Positions 46,320 to 55,875 of a stretch of 64,000 nucleotides of DNA are shown piece after piece (position 1 is the first letter of the stretch; each line of letters opens with the position of its first letter). This DNA comes from a virus. A program made the translations under genes and the position numbers. The DNA lies in IMG/VR virus record IMGVR_UViG_3300025696_000001, positions 1 to 64,000 of that record; one strand, written 5' to 3'. The notes beneath the pieces are model-generated. The model was not told the DNA's origin. It searched no databases and saw only the letters and a list, made by a program, of their open reading frames with translations.

Positions 46320-48434
46320 TTAAAAATTACCATTTTCATCTCCAGTATTTGATCCATCCATATTAAAATTTGGTGAAAATTCATTGTACATATCTTCAGA
46401 AGCTCTCATTGCTATATAAGTATATTCCTCTTCATCCAACTGTTCATCTTCATCAACTTCACCACAACTGTCACAATCATTCTCAAATATTGTAGATTCT
46501 ATATAGTTTTTAATTGGTTTATAACTTTTTTCAAAATTATCTAGCCATTCAGCTATATTCAATTCCTGATCATATTTTTCTGGATGTTCAAATACTATAC
46601 TTTTACCTATTTCAATTGATTCATCCATTGCATTTATAAAATCATCATATTTGTTGTAAAGATCTTCATCATCAAGTTCACTTTCCTCATCATCAGTATC
46701 AGTTTCCTTAATTGTGTTCTTTAAAACATTTTGAATATTCTTTTTGAAATCACCAGATTTTATACTATCATTTTCATCTAATATTTTATCTTTGTCATCT
46801 ACGGGATTAGGTACCATTTTTATAGATGAATTATCTAACATGCCATTTCTGACAACATATGAATACGTACTACCTATTGGTTTAAAGTAGTCATAAAGGC
46901 AAATTTCACCATTTGCTATTATTTTATTCTTATACTCATCTTTCTTACTTTCAAGTATTTCATGCTTGTTTACAGTAAGTTCATTACCAGTATAATAATG
47001 ACACACTGGATATTTAGACATGTGTGACATTTGACTATTTGTAAAGAAATTATCTGCAGAATCCATACATACAATATAATCATGCTCATTTTTAAGCATT
47101 AATCCATTATATAGATAGTATAATGTTAAATCTGAACAATCTCCAAATACCTTTGAAATATTACTTTTTGAATTATGTGATATAATTTTATAATCCTTAA
47201 GAATTTCTCTAGTTTTAGTAATTGAATCACTAACATATATAAGACCTCTTTGTTTGGAATAGATATAAACACCATTCTTTGCAAAACTGTCTCCATTCAT
47301 GTACCTAAGTCTTTCATATCTAAGAGAATTATCATCTAATTCATCACATGTTCTTAATATCTTCTCAAAAAATATACTTTTGGATTGAAGTATTTCAGTT
47401 TCAGTTAATCCCTCACTGTTACCCAAATGGTTTTTAACAATAGTTTTCTTTCTATGATTTTCCTTAGGCTCTTCTTCTTTTCTTACATATTTAGTTTTCT
47501 TTTTTTCTTTATCTTTTAAAGCCCTGTTATATTCAACCATAGTAGAATATTTTTTATTCTTTGTACGATCAATATCAATTGCTTTACCAAGTCTACCTCC
47601 TTTTACTGCAACAAGACCATTATCTGGAAAAGTATATATTTCTACATCTTCTTCAGTATGTCTTTTTCCAGCAATTATTTCAAGATGTTCAGGTAATGAT
47701 GACCAATACATACTTCCTTCTTGATCATACCAATAATGAAGAGGTCTTTCGACTTCAGTAATTGCATTTGCCCATGTATCAACTTTTGATTTACCTTTAA
47801 AAAACCATACATTCTCAGGTTCTCTTTCAGAAAACATAACAAGAGCAGCTCTACCTGTATATTCTTGTAGAACTTTGATATTCTTATTGGAGTTATCATC
47901 TTTTTGTTTTGATAATATTTCCAAAAGAATCTCACTATCAACTTTTAGTCTACCGTTATCTCTTTCATCAATACCATATTTCTCAGCAAGAAAAGAATGA
48001 TTTTTTAAAGTACCATTATGAGCACCAATAAAATACTTACCATCTTCCATTATAAATTTAAATGGATGGGTATTTTCTACACTTTTGGTACCTCCTCTTG
48101 AGGAATTTCTGGTATGACCAATAATGACAGGGATATCTTTTGGATTGGGAAACTTATGTTTTATCATCATATCCCTAAACTTGGCTTCATTGTTGGAACC
48201 TATGTTATCACCTCTATAAAGCTCTCCATCTACAAATATACCACATGAGTCAGTACCTCTGGATTCATTCAGTATACCGAGTGTTATAAATTTATCTCTG
48301 TTGAATTTACTAACATCATCACCTGTCCATCCAAAATTACCACATGATAGGATATTTTTATTACTATTTGGTCTTATTAAATTTGATAACATTGTAGATA
48401 TCAAAAATAATAATATTATATTAAATATAAGCAT
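46320..48434 (-). CDS. Class II (Ntn) glutamine amidotransferase fused to a C-terminal region of about 400 aa with unknown function
   Basis: LSC|GNFGW, RGTDSCGIFV, GHTRNSSRGG..NTHPF, GAHNGTLKN, DSEILLE. The catalytic Cys is preceded by a hydrophobic leader of about 30 aa. Acidic C-terminal stretch. Confidence 0.7.
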   Translation of the reverse strand: MLIFNIILLFLISTMLSNLIRPNSNKNILSCGNFGWTGDDVSKFNRDKFITLGILNESRGTDSCGIFVDGELYRGDNIGSNNEAKFRDMMIKHKFPNPKDIPVIIGHTRNSSRGGTKSVENTHPFKFIMEDGKYFIGAHNGTLKNHSFLAEKYGIDERDNGRLKVDSEILLEILSKQKDDNSNKNIKVLQEYTGRAALVMFSEREPENVWFFKGKSKVDTWANAITEVERPLHYWYDQEGSMYWSSLPEHLEIIAGKRHTEEDVEIYTFPDNGLVAVKGGRLGKAIDIDRTKNKKYSTMVEYNRALKDKEKKKTKYVRKEEEPKENHRKKTIVKNHLGNSEGLTETEILQSKSIFFEKILRTCDELDDNSLRYERLRYMNGDSFAKNGVYIYSKQRGLIYVSDSITKTREILKDYKIISHNSKSNISKVFGDCSDLTLYYLYNGLMLKNEHDYIVCMDSADNFFTNSQMSHMSKYPVCHYYTGNELTVNKHEILESKKDEYKNKIIANGEICLYDYFKPIGSTYSYVVRNGMLDNSSIKMVPNPVDDKDKILDENDSIKSGDFKKNIQNVLKNTIKETDTDDEESELDDEDLYNKYDDFINAMDESIEIGKSIVFEHPEKYDQELNIAEWLDNFEKSYKPIKNYIESTIFENDCDSCGEVDEDEQLDEEEYTYIAMRASEDMYNEFSPNFNMDGSNTGDENGNF

Positions 48435-49257
48435 TTTCTTTTTTTTCTTTTTTATTATATTTTACCAATAATTCATTTACTTTTTCCAAATCAAGATCTT
48501 CTTCTGGATTTATGTACATAGAAACATCTTCAAGTAGATCTTCAGTAGATATATGACTGTTTTTTGCCATTTCCACTGCTTTTAAAGACCTTCTGTATAT
48601 ATCTCTTACACTATCTTCATCTTTTAGAAAATAACCTCCTAGAGAGCGACATTCAACACCATAGTCTTTTTCTCTTATGTCACCTATCTTACCATAGAAC
48701 TTTCTACGGTTATGATCATCATTATCTTCCAATAACAAAGGTAAGCTAACACATATCTCAAAAAATACAGCCAATCTATCAATCTCATTTTCTGTTGGGT
48801 TATCCCATCCAAAATGAATGTGAAAACCTGAAGATCTCATTTTAATACCTTGAATTTCTTCTTGATCAATTTCTATGATTCTTTTTGCAATTACATTATA
48901 TGCAGGTTCACATCCAAAAATATGAGCTTTTTCATCTTCTAATATCTCATCAGTAGCAAGCTCACTACTAGAATAATGAAGATCCATGTTCAATGGTGCT
49001 ATAAGTAATTCAATATATGATTTTGCATAATTTATTGAATCAACAAATTGATCTTCAGATCTACATGGTGGAATATTAAATTCAGCAAGAATATTATCTT
49101 CTTGAATAAAACATCCTTCACCAATATCTTGTGGGTTATTTTTGTCAGCATTAAAAACACCTATTATAGAACCTATTTTCCCTGTCTTTGATCCTTTTAC
49201 AAATACTTCTGGGTCTGATCCTATTGTTAAATTACTATAACTGTTCTTGTAATCCAT
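48421..49257 (-). CDS. Second amidoligase (phage COOH-NH2 ligase type 2-like)
   Basis: IGSDPEVFV, EDNILAEFNIPPC, GFHIHFGW, ECRSLGGYF. Confidence 0.6.
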   Translation of the reverse strand: MDYKNSYSNLTIGSDPEVFVKGSKTGKIGSIIGVFNADKNNPQDIGEGCFIQEDNILAEFNIPPCRSEDQFVDSINYAKSYIELLIAPLNMDLHYSSSELATDEILEDEKAHIFGCEPAYNVIAKRIIEIDQEEIQGIKMRSSGFHIHFGWDNPTENEIDRLAVFFEICVSLPLLLEDNDDHNRRKFYGKIGDIREKDYGVECRSLGGYFLKDEDSVRDIYRRSLKAVEMAKNSHISTEDLLEDVSMYINPEEDLDLEKVNELLVKYNKKEKKENAYI

Positions 49258-49891
49258 TCTCTATTAGTTTTATTGTATATTCTTTAAATTCATTACTCGC
49301 ATGTGCAAACTCAGGATGTCCCTGAATACACAAACTGTTTGTATTGTTGTAATACACTACTTCACACTCTTCAAAATCATCAGGTATGTCAATGCTGACA
49401 TTATCTCCATTGAGATATTTTTCTGAAAGGAATTCAGTTGCTGATGCGAGTATTTTATAGTTTGATTTATCCATATTAAATGGATACATCATTTGATGGT
49501 GTGTTGAGGTTACTTCAATTATTTCATTATCGCTTGTATTTATATAATGACTGTTACCATGACCTGTTACATGCTGAATAAGTTTACCTCCACTCATTAC
49601 AGTCAAAAACTGAGATCCTCTACATATACCTAATTTTAATAATCCATCTGGTAAAGAATTAAAGAATTCTTCTTCTATTACATCTCTACGAATATTTATA
49701 CCTGTTTGGTTTCCTCTATTTTCATTATAATATTCTGGATTAACATCTGCTCCTCCAGTAAATAATGCAAATGTTATACCTTCTTCATTTGGATTATCAG
49801 TTAATTCAACATCATAATATTTATTTAAAAATGTTAAATAATTGTTACCAAAATAATCAAAATTTGTAAATACCTTAATCTTCTTTTTCAT
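49235..49891 (-). CDS. Class I glutamine amidotransferase / gamma-glutamyl hydrolase (peptidase C26-like)
   Basis: FTGGADVNPEYY, nucleophile elbow GICRGSQFL, HHQMM, QGHPEF. Confidence 0.65.
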   Translation of the reverse strand: MKKKIKVFTNFDYFGNNYLTFLNKYYDVELTDNPNEEGITFALFTGGADVNPEYYNENRGNQTGINIRRDVIEEEFFNSLPDGLLKLGICRGSQFLTVMSGGKLIQHVTGHGNSHYINTSDNEIIEVTSTHHQMMYPFNMDKSNYKILASATEFLSEKYLNGDNVSIDIPDDFEECEVVYYNNTNSLCIQGHPEFAHASNEFKEYTIKLIENGLQEQL

Positions 49892-50642
49892 CTTGTTCTA
49901 TTCTATTTAATAATGTGTTAATAAGTCCAATTGCAACAAATGGATAGTTTCTTTCTTCAGGATGTGACTGTTCTGCCGCAATAGGTAAAATCTTGTGAAT
50001 CATAAATTCTATATTGTTATGATTCTTATCACGTGCTAATTCAAGGAATTCATCAGATAAATCTTCTTCAAATATAGCTTGATGATGTATTGAATTAGTT
50101 TTAAATTCTCTTGGTATATTACCTGAAAACTTAATTTTATCCTTATTGGATTCAATATATCTTTCACCAGCATAATCTTCTGGAAAATTGTCTAATATTG
50201 TTACCAGATCATCTACCAATTCACCTCTAAAAGTTTTGGATCTCTCGTTATAGACATGCTGTGTAAGAGTACCACCAAAACATACATTTAGATTTTGAAA
50301 ACCTGCACATATTCCATATATTGCTGTTTTTCCCTGTTTTGCTTTTTCGATATATTTCCAAAAAGCACCTACTTTTTCGTCATAGAATGATTCATACTCC
50401 ATATCTGGGGAATCAGTCATTACGTGTGGTCTTTGACCATATCTTAATGGATTGACATCTCTACCTCCAGGAAGTATAAGTAAGTCTACATCTACTGCAT
50501 TTTCATTGTGTGCATCTATCATAATTACATCTGCATCAAAACTTCTTGCAAATTCTACATACATTGCATTCTGACCGTAACCTGGTTGATATTTACCCAA
50601 ATGGTTATGAGCTAGTATTCCTATTATTCTTTTTCTTGACAT
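49875..50642 (-). CDS. Second class I GATase / peptidase C26-like protein
   Basis: LPGGRDVNPLRYG, GICAGFQNLNV, HHQAI, QSHPEE. Confidence 0.65.
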   Translation of the reverse strand: MSRKRIIGILAHNHLGKYQPGYGQNAMYVEFARSFDADVIMIDAHNENAVDVDLLILPGGRDVNPLRYGQRPHVMTDSPDMEYESFYDEKVGAFWKYIEKAKQGKTAIYGICAGFQNLNVCFGGTLTQHVYNERSKTFRGELVDDLVTILDNFPEDYAGERYIESNKDKIKFSGNIPREFKTNSIHHQAIFEEDLSDEFLELARDKNHNNIEFMIHKILPIAAEQSHPEERNYPFVAIGLINTLLNRIEQDEKED

Positions 50643-50650
50643 TTTATTTT

Positions 50651-50788
50651 TTATTTTTTATTATTTAATAATTTTTTACTTTTAAAATCAGCTATCATAC
50701 TATAAAATATTTCTTTTTCTTCTTCAGTAGCTTCACTCCATACTGCATCACTAAAAGGACTTTTATTAGTCTCTTTATAATCAGCCAT
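50651..50788 (-). CDS. Small acidic protein (45 aa), tentative
   Basis: MADYKETNKSPFSDAVWSEATEEEKEIFYSMIADFKSKKLLNNKK fills the only gap inside the ligase cluster. Confidence 0.3.
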   Translation of the reverse strand: MADYKETNKSPFSDAVWSEATEEEKEIFYSMIADFKSKKLLNNKK

Positions 50789-50795
50789 GTTAATT

Positions 50796-51683
50796 TTAGT
50801 TACTTTCATTATATTTATTTTTTAACATTACTGGTATATGTTCGATATACTTTTGTTTTACAACAGTATCTTCATCCACTTCACCAAAACTTGGTGCTGA
50901 ATTAATTTCCACTATTATAAAATCTGGATTGTCTCTTCTATTACCATCTCTATCTGTTGCTGATTGTACTCTTAAATCAATTGCACCAAAATCCAATCCA
51001 ACAGAATTTAGAGCCTTCACTGATTCTGATACTATATCATCCCAATTTGTAGGTTTATCAAAAAGACCCGTTGCTGAATCTTCAAGTATCCATACACAAT
51101 TAGCATCGTTTCTAAACCATTTTTGATCATCTGGAGTATCTCTCTTCATCATTTTACGACATGTATAGAAACATCCATTAGCATCAACATGAAGTCTATA
51201 CTCCCTTGAATAATTATAATACCTTTCAAAAATTCTATTTTCTAGATTTACTCCCAATCTTAAGTAATTTCTTATTTCTTCAATTGTATTGAGTATTGTA
51301 TTACCCTGACCTCTACTACCATATAATGATTTGGCAACCAATGGTATTGGCATGTCATCTATATTTACGGATTCATTGTTTGTTTGTAAAACAAATTGTT
51401 CTAGATTACCAGAAGCTTTATACCAATCTGCTGTTTTTACATTATCTCTTGTAAAACAATTTTTCATTCTTAGCTTACTACTACTGTTTCTAACAGCTTC
51501 AATTGTATTAAGCTCTATTCTATCACCATTGTTTGTTACGCTATCTTTGATATCTGTAGTACTACCCAATCTTACAACTGACTTAAATGGTAACAATTGT
51601 AAATTTTTATGTCTTCTTCTAAGACATGAATGAGAGGGATGTCTAGTAAAGATAGTAGGTCTAAAGTTTGTATATTTTTTCAT
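50796..51683 (-). CDS. ATP-grasp ligase (RimK-like)
   Basis: VAKSLYGSRGQGNTIL, EYRLHV, FGAIDLRV, IIVEINSAPSFG. Confidence 0.7.
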   Translation of the reverse strand: MKKYTNFRPTIFTRHPSHSCLRRRHKNLQLLPFKSVVRLGSTTDIKDSVTNNGDRIELNTIEAVRNSSSKLRMKNCFTRDNVKTADWYKASGNLEQFVLQTNNESVNIDDMPIPLVAKSLYGSRGQGNTILNTIEEIRNYLRLGVNLENRIFERYYNYSREYRLHVDANGCFYTCRKMMKRDTPDDQKWFRNDANCVWILEDSATGLFDKPTNWDDIVSESVKALNSVGLDFGAIDLRVQSATDRDGNRRDNPDFIIVEINSAPSFGEVDEDTVVKQKYIEHIPVMLKNKYNESN

Positions 51684-52116
51684 TGAATTCTTTTATTAAT
51701 TTTTCTTTTGTGTATATTCTTTCATTAAATATGGAACCATAATTTTCGTTACTTTTATTGGGATCAAAAAAATATATATAATCTTTAGCCATTAAAGTTC
51801 TATTTTTAATTACAGGTTTATTTATATCGTTACAAAGTCTTATTATACATTGCTTTTCTCTTATAAGCTCTCTTACATATCTATTATATTGTCTAGTTCT
51901 AAACTTTGGATAATATGACTTAATTAATTTATATAAACCAGAAAGAGATCTAGCATAAAATTCACTTTTTATCTTTGTGCAATTTTTATTTTTATATGTT
52001 GCATATCTTCCGTTTCTACTGTATTGATTCAATAAAAACTTATGTAACAATTCTTTTGCTGTAGAATGTTTAAAGTTGAAATGCTCTTGTATGATCTGCA
52101 TAATCTCCTGATTCAA
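51661..52116 (-). CDS. Hypothetical basic protein (151 aa)
   Basis: ORF overlapping both neighbours. TAG stop. Confidence 0.5.
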   Translation of the reverse strand: MNQEIMQIIQEHFNFKHSTAKELLHKFLLNQYSRNGRYATYKNKNCTKIKSEFYARSLSGLYKLIKSYYPKFRTRQYNRYVRELIREKQCIIRLCNDINKPVIKNRTLMAKDYIYFFDPNKSNENYGSIFNERIYTKEKLIKEFNEKIYKL

Positions 52117-52477
52117 TTAATGTTTTGCCTTCTTTATCACCAAAGTAAATAGATGCTTCAATTTCTTCTCCATCATCAAGCTCAACTTGTATTGGAGTTC
52201 TTTTATACCATGATCCCTCATGATCATTTGGGTTATATCCCTCAAGCCCATCTACCGTAGGTAACTGTTCTGGAGTAACTGAATATACTTCTACCCTTAC
52301 TTTACTTACTGCTTCGTCTTTTTTTACAAAAGGGATTCCATTTGCTGTAAGTTTATATTTTTCTTTTGTCCATCCAGCAGATATAAGTTTGGAATCACCT
52401 AAAAATCGATGGTTTCCAAAATTACTTCTAAGTGTTCCATATACACAAATTAATGTATTATCATTTTCTTTATTCAT
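52070..52477 (-). CDS. Gamma-glutamylcyclotransferase (GGCT/AIG2-like)
   Basis: N-terminal ICVYGTLRSNFGNH (YGTLR hallmark) and GLEGY Glu loop. Confidence 0.7.
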   Translation of the reverse strand: MNKENDNTLICVYGTLRSNFGNHRFLGDSKLISAGWTKEKYKLTANGIPFVKKDEAVSKVRVEVYSVTPEQLPTVDGLEGYNPNDHEGSWYKRTPIQVELDDGEEIEASIYFGDKEGKTLIESGDYADHTRAFQL

Positions 52478-52481
52478 TTCT

Positions 52482-53510
52482 TTAAATATTTGTTTTAGAG
52501 TTTAATATTGTTTTTGCTAGATTTTTGTCATAATTATCAACAAGTTCAGAAAAATCCTTTGATTTATATACCTCTGAAAGACATACATTTCTTAAAGAAT
52601 ATTCTTTACATATTTCTTGGGCACTTAACTGTCCCCAATTTTCTTCTTTATCATAATCATTATCAAAGAATACAAATATATTATCAAATCTAAGTTTTAG
52701 TTGGTCTATAATATTATCTTTTGGCTTTGCTTTCTCATTTTGCAAAGAGATTGCTGGAATACCTGTTGTATTAATAATTGACATCACATCTTTTAGTGAT
52801 TTTGTAATTATTAATTTACTACCAGATTTAGGTAGTTGAGTCCATCCTTGCCATACTGAATTATCACTATTTGTAAACCATTTATATTCACTGTAAGGTT
52901 GATATATTTTTAGTGTTTGAACACTATCTTTCCATTCTGTATATACGTATGCATGCTTGTCCGCAGCTATAGGCTTTTTATTTAGGAATATATATTTTAT
53001 AGGGCTTACATTATAATCTTTTAATATCTTCAGATCAATATTGAATTTTGACCAATAATCAATATCATGCTTTTCCCAAGATCTTCTATTGACTTGTATC
53101 TCGCATTTTTCCTTTCTTGATATTTTTATTTTTCTTTTTCTCTGTTTTACTTTTTTATTACTATCTGAATCAAGATCTTCATTACATTTAAATCTTTTAT
53201 GTAATCCAAAATCAATAGCTATTCTACTATATACATCATACCATCTGGTATATTGAAACAATTCTTTTACAAATTTGAAACAATCACCTCCACCCTTTAC
53301 AAAATCATTATATATTATATAACCTTCTTTAGATTCAAAAAATCCAAAAGATGGTGTTTTATCATCTCTAAATGGTGATGACATAACTGATCCTATTTTG
53401 ATTTTATGGGTGTTCATGTAATATGTATATATTGACTCATCAAGTATATTATCTCTTATTACATCTCTTGTAATTAAGGGTTTTATTATACATTCATTTA
53501 TATCTACCAT
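52482..53510 (-). CDS. DNA primase (DnaG/Toprim-like) with a degenerate zinc-finger region
   Basis: SSPFRDDKTPSFGFF parallels CPFH.EKTPSF but lacks the Cys residues. VFFDNDYDKEE is a Toprim DxD. Confidence 0.5.
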   Translation of the reverse strand: MVDINECIIKPLITRDVIRDNILDESIYTYYMNTHKIKIGSVMSSPFRDDKTPSFGFFESKEGYIIYNDFVKGGGDCFKFVKELFQYTRWYDVYSRIAIDFGLHKRFKCNEDLDSDSNKKVKQRKRKIKISRKEKCEIQVNRRSWEKHDIDYWSKFNIDLKILKDYNVSPIKYIFLNKKPIAADKHAYVYTEWKDSVQTLKIYQPYSEYKWFTNSDNSVWQGWTQLPKSGSKLIITKSLKDVMSIINTTGIPAISLQNEKAKPKDNIIDQLKLRFDNIFVFFDNDYDKEENWGQLSAQEICKEYSLRNVCLSEVYKSKDFSELVDNYDKNLAKTILNSKTNI

Positions 53511-53522
53511 TTTTAAGTTTAT

Positions 53523-53550
53523 TAAAAAAAGGGGACTTTTACATCCCCTT
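53523..53550 (-). terminator. Intrinsic terminator downstream of the SSB-like gene
   Basis: Minus-sense AAGGGGA-UGUAAAAG-UCCCCUU followed by UUUUUU. Confidence 0.65.
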
Positions 53551-53574
53551 CATTTACTGTAAAATTTTTAACTA

Positions 53575-54207
53575 CTAAAAGAAGTCATCATTATCAACCT
53601 CTTCTTTAACTTCCTCATTTGGTGAAGTACTTCCAAATACATCATCACTTTGAGTGTTGCTATCAGGTTGAGGTCTGGACATTACATCATTATATTGAGC
53701 TTTTTCTGGATCAGAACTAGCTACTGGCTTAAGTCTGGTTGTATTCTCATCCTTATTGGCATTTTCAATAAAGTTAATACCTCTAAGAGTCAAATACTGT
53801 TTCGGATAAGCTTCATTACCATAGGCAACAAAAATGTTTACCTTATTTCCTTTACTTGCACCTTCATGGATTTTCTTCATTAGAAAATCGGTTGCTTCTT
53901 TATAATCTGGAAATTTGGGAAATTCTACACCCACTGTTTCTGGATTTACGGCATGAACAATATTTATAATTCTACCAAGTTTAAATTTAGGACTGTTGTC
54001 TCCTTCTTTAATATAGTAAAATCCTTCATTCATTTCACCATTTTCATCCTTGAAAAATACTTTATAATCAGGTGAATTAGGTTTATCCTCTGCTGATTTC
54101 TTTTTTACGGATACTGATACGTCTGTTACACGACCTGCATCTCCATTGTTAAAAATCTTTACTTCTTTTTCTTCACCGTTAGATGAAAATTCATTTAAAT
54201 CAATCAT
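53575..54207 (-). CDS. Probable single-stranded DNA-binding protein
   Basis: Acidic C-terminal tail EEVDNDDFF as in T7 gp2.5 and bacterial SSB tails. Sits between the ATPase and the primase. Confidence 0.45.
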   Translation of the reverse strand: MIDLNEFSSNGEEKEVKIFNNGDAGRVTDVSVSVKKKSAEDKPNSPDYKVFFKDENGEMNEGFYYIKEGDNSPKFKLGRIINIVHAVNPETVGVEFPKFPDYKEATDFLMKKIHEGASKGNKVNIFVAYGNEAYPKQYLTLRGINFIENANKDENTTRLKPVASSDPEKAQYNDVMSRPQPDSNTQSDDVFGSTSPNEEVKEEVDNDDFF

Positions 54208-54271
54208 TTATTATTTTTTTATAAGTTAAATTAATGACATTGCTAACTTATCTTACTAAATCTAATAAAAA

Positions 54272-54946
54272 TTAATCTACATAATCTCGTATAGCATTAT
54301 TAATTGCTTGGAGATCATTATCTACATACATTTCACTAAACATATCAATAGGAGTCTTACAACTATCAGTTCCATCAGTTTCGGTTTTGAACCTATAACT
54401 TGTAGGTTGACCTGGTTCTTTGATTGCATCTGCATAAAGAACTATTGAACTAAAACTTTCTGGTACAAATCTTTTGATCATTTGACCCTGTACTGCTATT
54501 CTTTGATTTAATGTTCCCATATCATCATAGTGCTTTTCTGGGTGACACATAAAATAGACGATAATATCATCTCTCATTGTATCATTGACAAAATTAATAA
54601 GCTTATACTGTTGAGCAGCCATGTTAGCCCATGCTTGCATACCATTTTTAGCATTTCTAAATTCATTGCTCATTACTGCGTCAGTCATGATTCTTGACCA
54701 TGTATCTACTACAACAGTTTTAATAGACTCATTATCACTTGCTTCTTTTAGTTTTCCAACTACCTGTCTTATGTCTGAAGTTTGTATATAGTTGCCTTTT
54801 TCTTCATTATAAATTTCTTTATATTTTCTGAATGGAAGGGCTTTTTGATCCGTATTTACGATTACGGTTTCGTCAGGGTTTAATGTCCTGAGACTTGTTG
54901 ATTTACCAGATCCTGATTCACCAACAACAAATACTAAATGTGCCAT
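54272..54946 (-). CDS. P-loop ATPase (AAA_24 / Sak4-like recombination ATPase)
   Basis: N-terminal LVFVVGESGSGKST Walker A. VVVDTWS Walker B-like. Confidence 0.6.
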   Translation of the reverse strand: MAHLVFVVGESGSGKSTSLRTLNPDETVIVNTDQKALPFRKYKEIYNEEKGNYIQTSDIRQVVGKLKEASDNESIKTVVVDTWSRIMTDAVMSNEFRNAKNGMQAWANMAAQQYKLINFVNDTMRDDIIVYFMCHPEKHYDDMGTLNQRIAVQGQMIKRFVPESFSSIVLYADAIKEPGQPTSYRFKTETDGTDSCKTPIDMFSEMYVDNDLQAINNAIRDYVD

Positions 54947-54995
54947 TTTATATTTTAATAAGTTAAGTTGACACTGCTGACTTATTAAAATTTAC

Positions 54996-55472
54996 TTAAG
55001 CTTTTTTGATAATTAATTCAGTTAATTTTTTAATTCTTTCATCCGAAGTCAATTCTGAATTTTCAATTAATTTAATTATATTGAATGTTTTATATTCTTC
55101 TTCATTAAAGATATCAGAATTACTTTCTCTAATGTAAGAAAGTTTATTGTTCATTGAATCAATTTCTTCAACTAAATTATCTTTTTGTTCAGTTAAATTA
55201 TTTAACTCTTCAACCAAATCATTTTCTGTTACCATATCAGGTACAGAAAACTGAGAATATTCTATAGTATTACCACCTGGTATACCTCTTTCCATTGATC
55301 TAATACCAACACGTGCATTTTCATCTATTTTAAAAGAATCACCTGTATTTCCATAATTATGACCATTTGCATTATTAAGTATTGTTAGTACTTTACCTGT
55401 CAAATATTCTTTGATTTTAGCAGGAGTATTTAATTTTCTTTTTCTTATTACGTCTGTAAATTTTGTTCCCAT
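54996..55472 (-). CDS. Hypothetical protein (158 aa)
   Basis: ORF with TAA stop. C-terminal coiled coil. Confidence 0.5.
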   Translation of the reverse strand: MGTKFTDVIRKRKLNTPAKIKEYLTGKVLTILNNANGHNYGNTGDSFKIDENARVGIRSMERGIPGGNTIEYSQFSVPDMVTENDLVEELNNLTEQKDNLVEEIDSMNNKLSYIRESNSDIFNEEEYKTFNIIKLIENSELTSDERIKKLTELIIKKA

Positions 55473-55478
55473 TGTTTT

Positions 55479-55838
55479 TTATTTATTATAAGCCAACATT
55501 TCTGCTGGAATTCTTGGATATGATTTATAATTTGATAAATTAAAATCTTTTATTCTAAAACAATCCAATAAAGAATCCAAGCTATTATCTTTTGAAGATA
55601 TTGCTGGTTTATTTCCTTTATTATAATTATCTATAAGACTAGGTATATGATCCATAATCGATAAATCACATTTACCATACTTATCAACATCCCTACTTAA
55701 TTGCTCTTTAACGGCATTAAGATGAGGCTCATAGATATGGACGTTGCTAAAATCACCTATAATACCTTTTGGGACCATGTTAGTCATCTTACCTATGATC
55801 TGTGCTAAAAGTGCATAAGAAGCAATGTTAAAGGGTAA
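55479..55838 (-). CDS. thyA: Thymidylate synthase, exon 2
   Basis: Begins LPFNIASYALLAQ, which is the ThyA core continuing from ..FLG. The Met in the track ORF is the last intron codon (AUG ending in omega-G). Confidence 0.85.
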   Translation of the reverse strand, partial: LPFNIASYALLAQIIGKMTNMVPKGIIGDFSNVHIYEPHLNAVKEQLSRDVDKYGKCDLSIMDHIPSLIDNYNKGNKPAISSKDNSLDSLLDCFRIKDFNLSNYKSYPRIPAEMLAYNK

Positions 55839-55875
55839 CATTTTATTCCATAAAGTGCGTAACTACTTTATGCGT

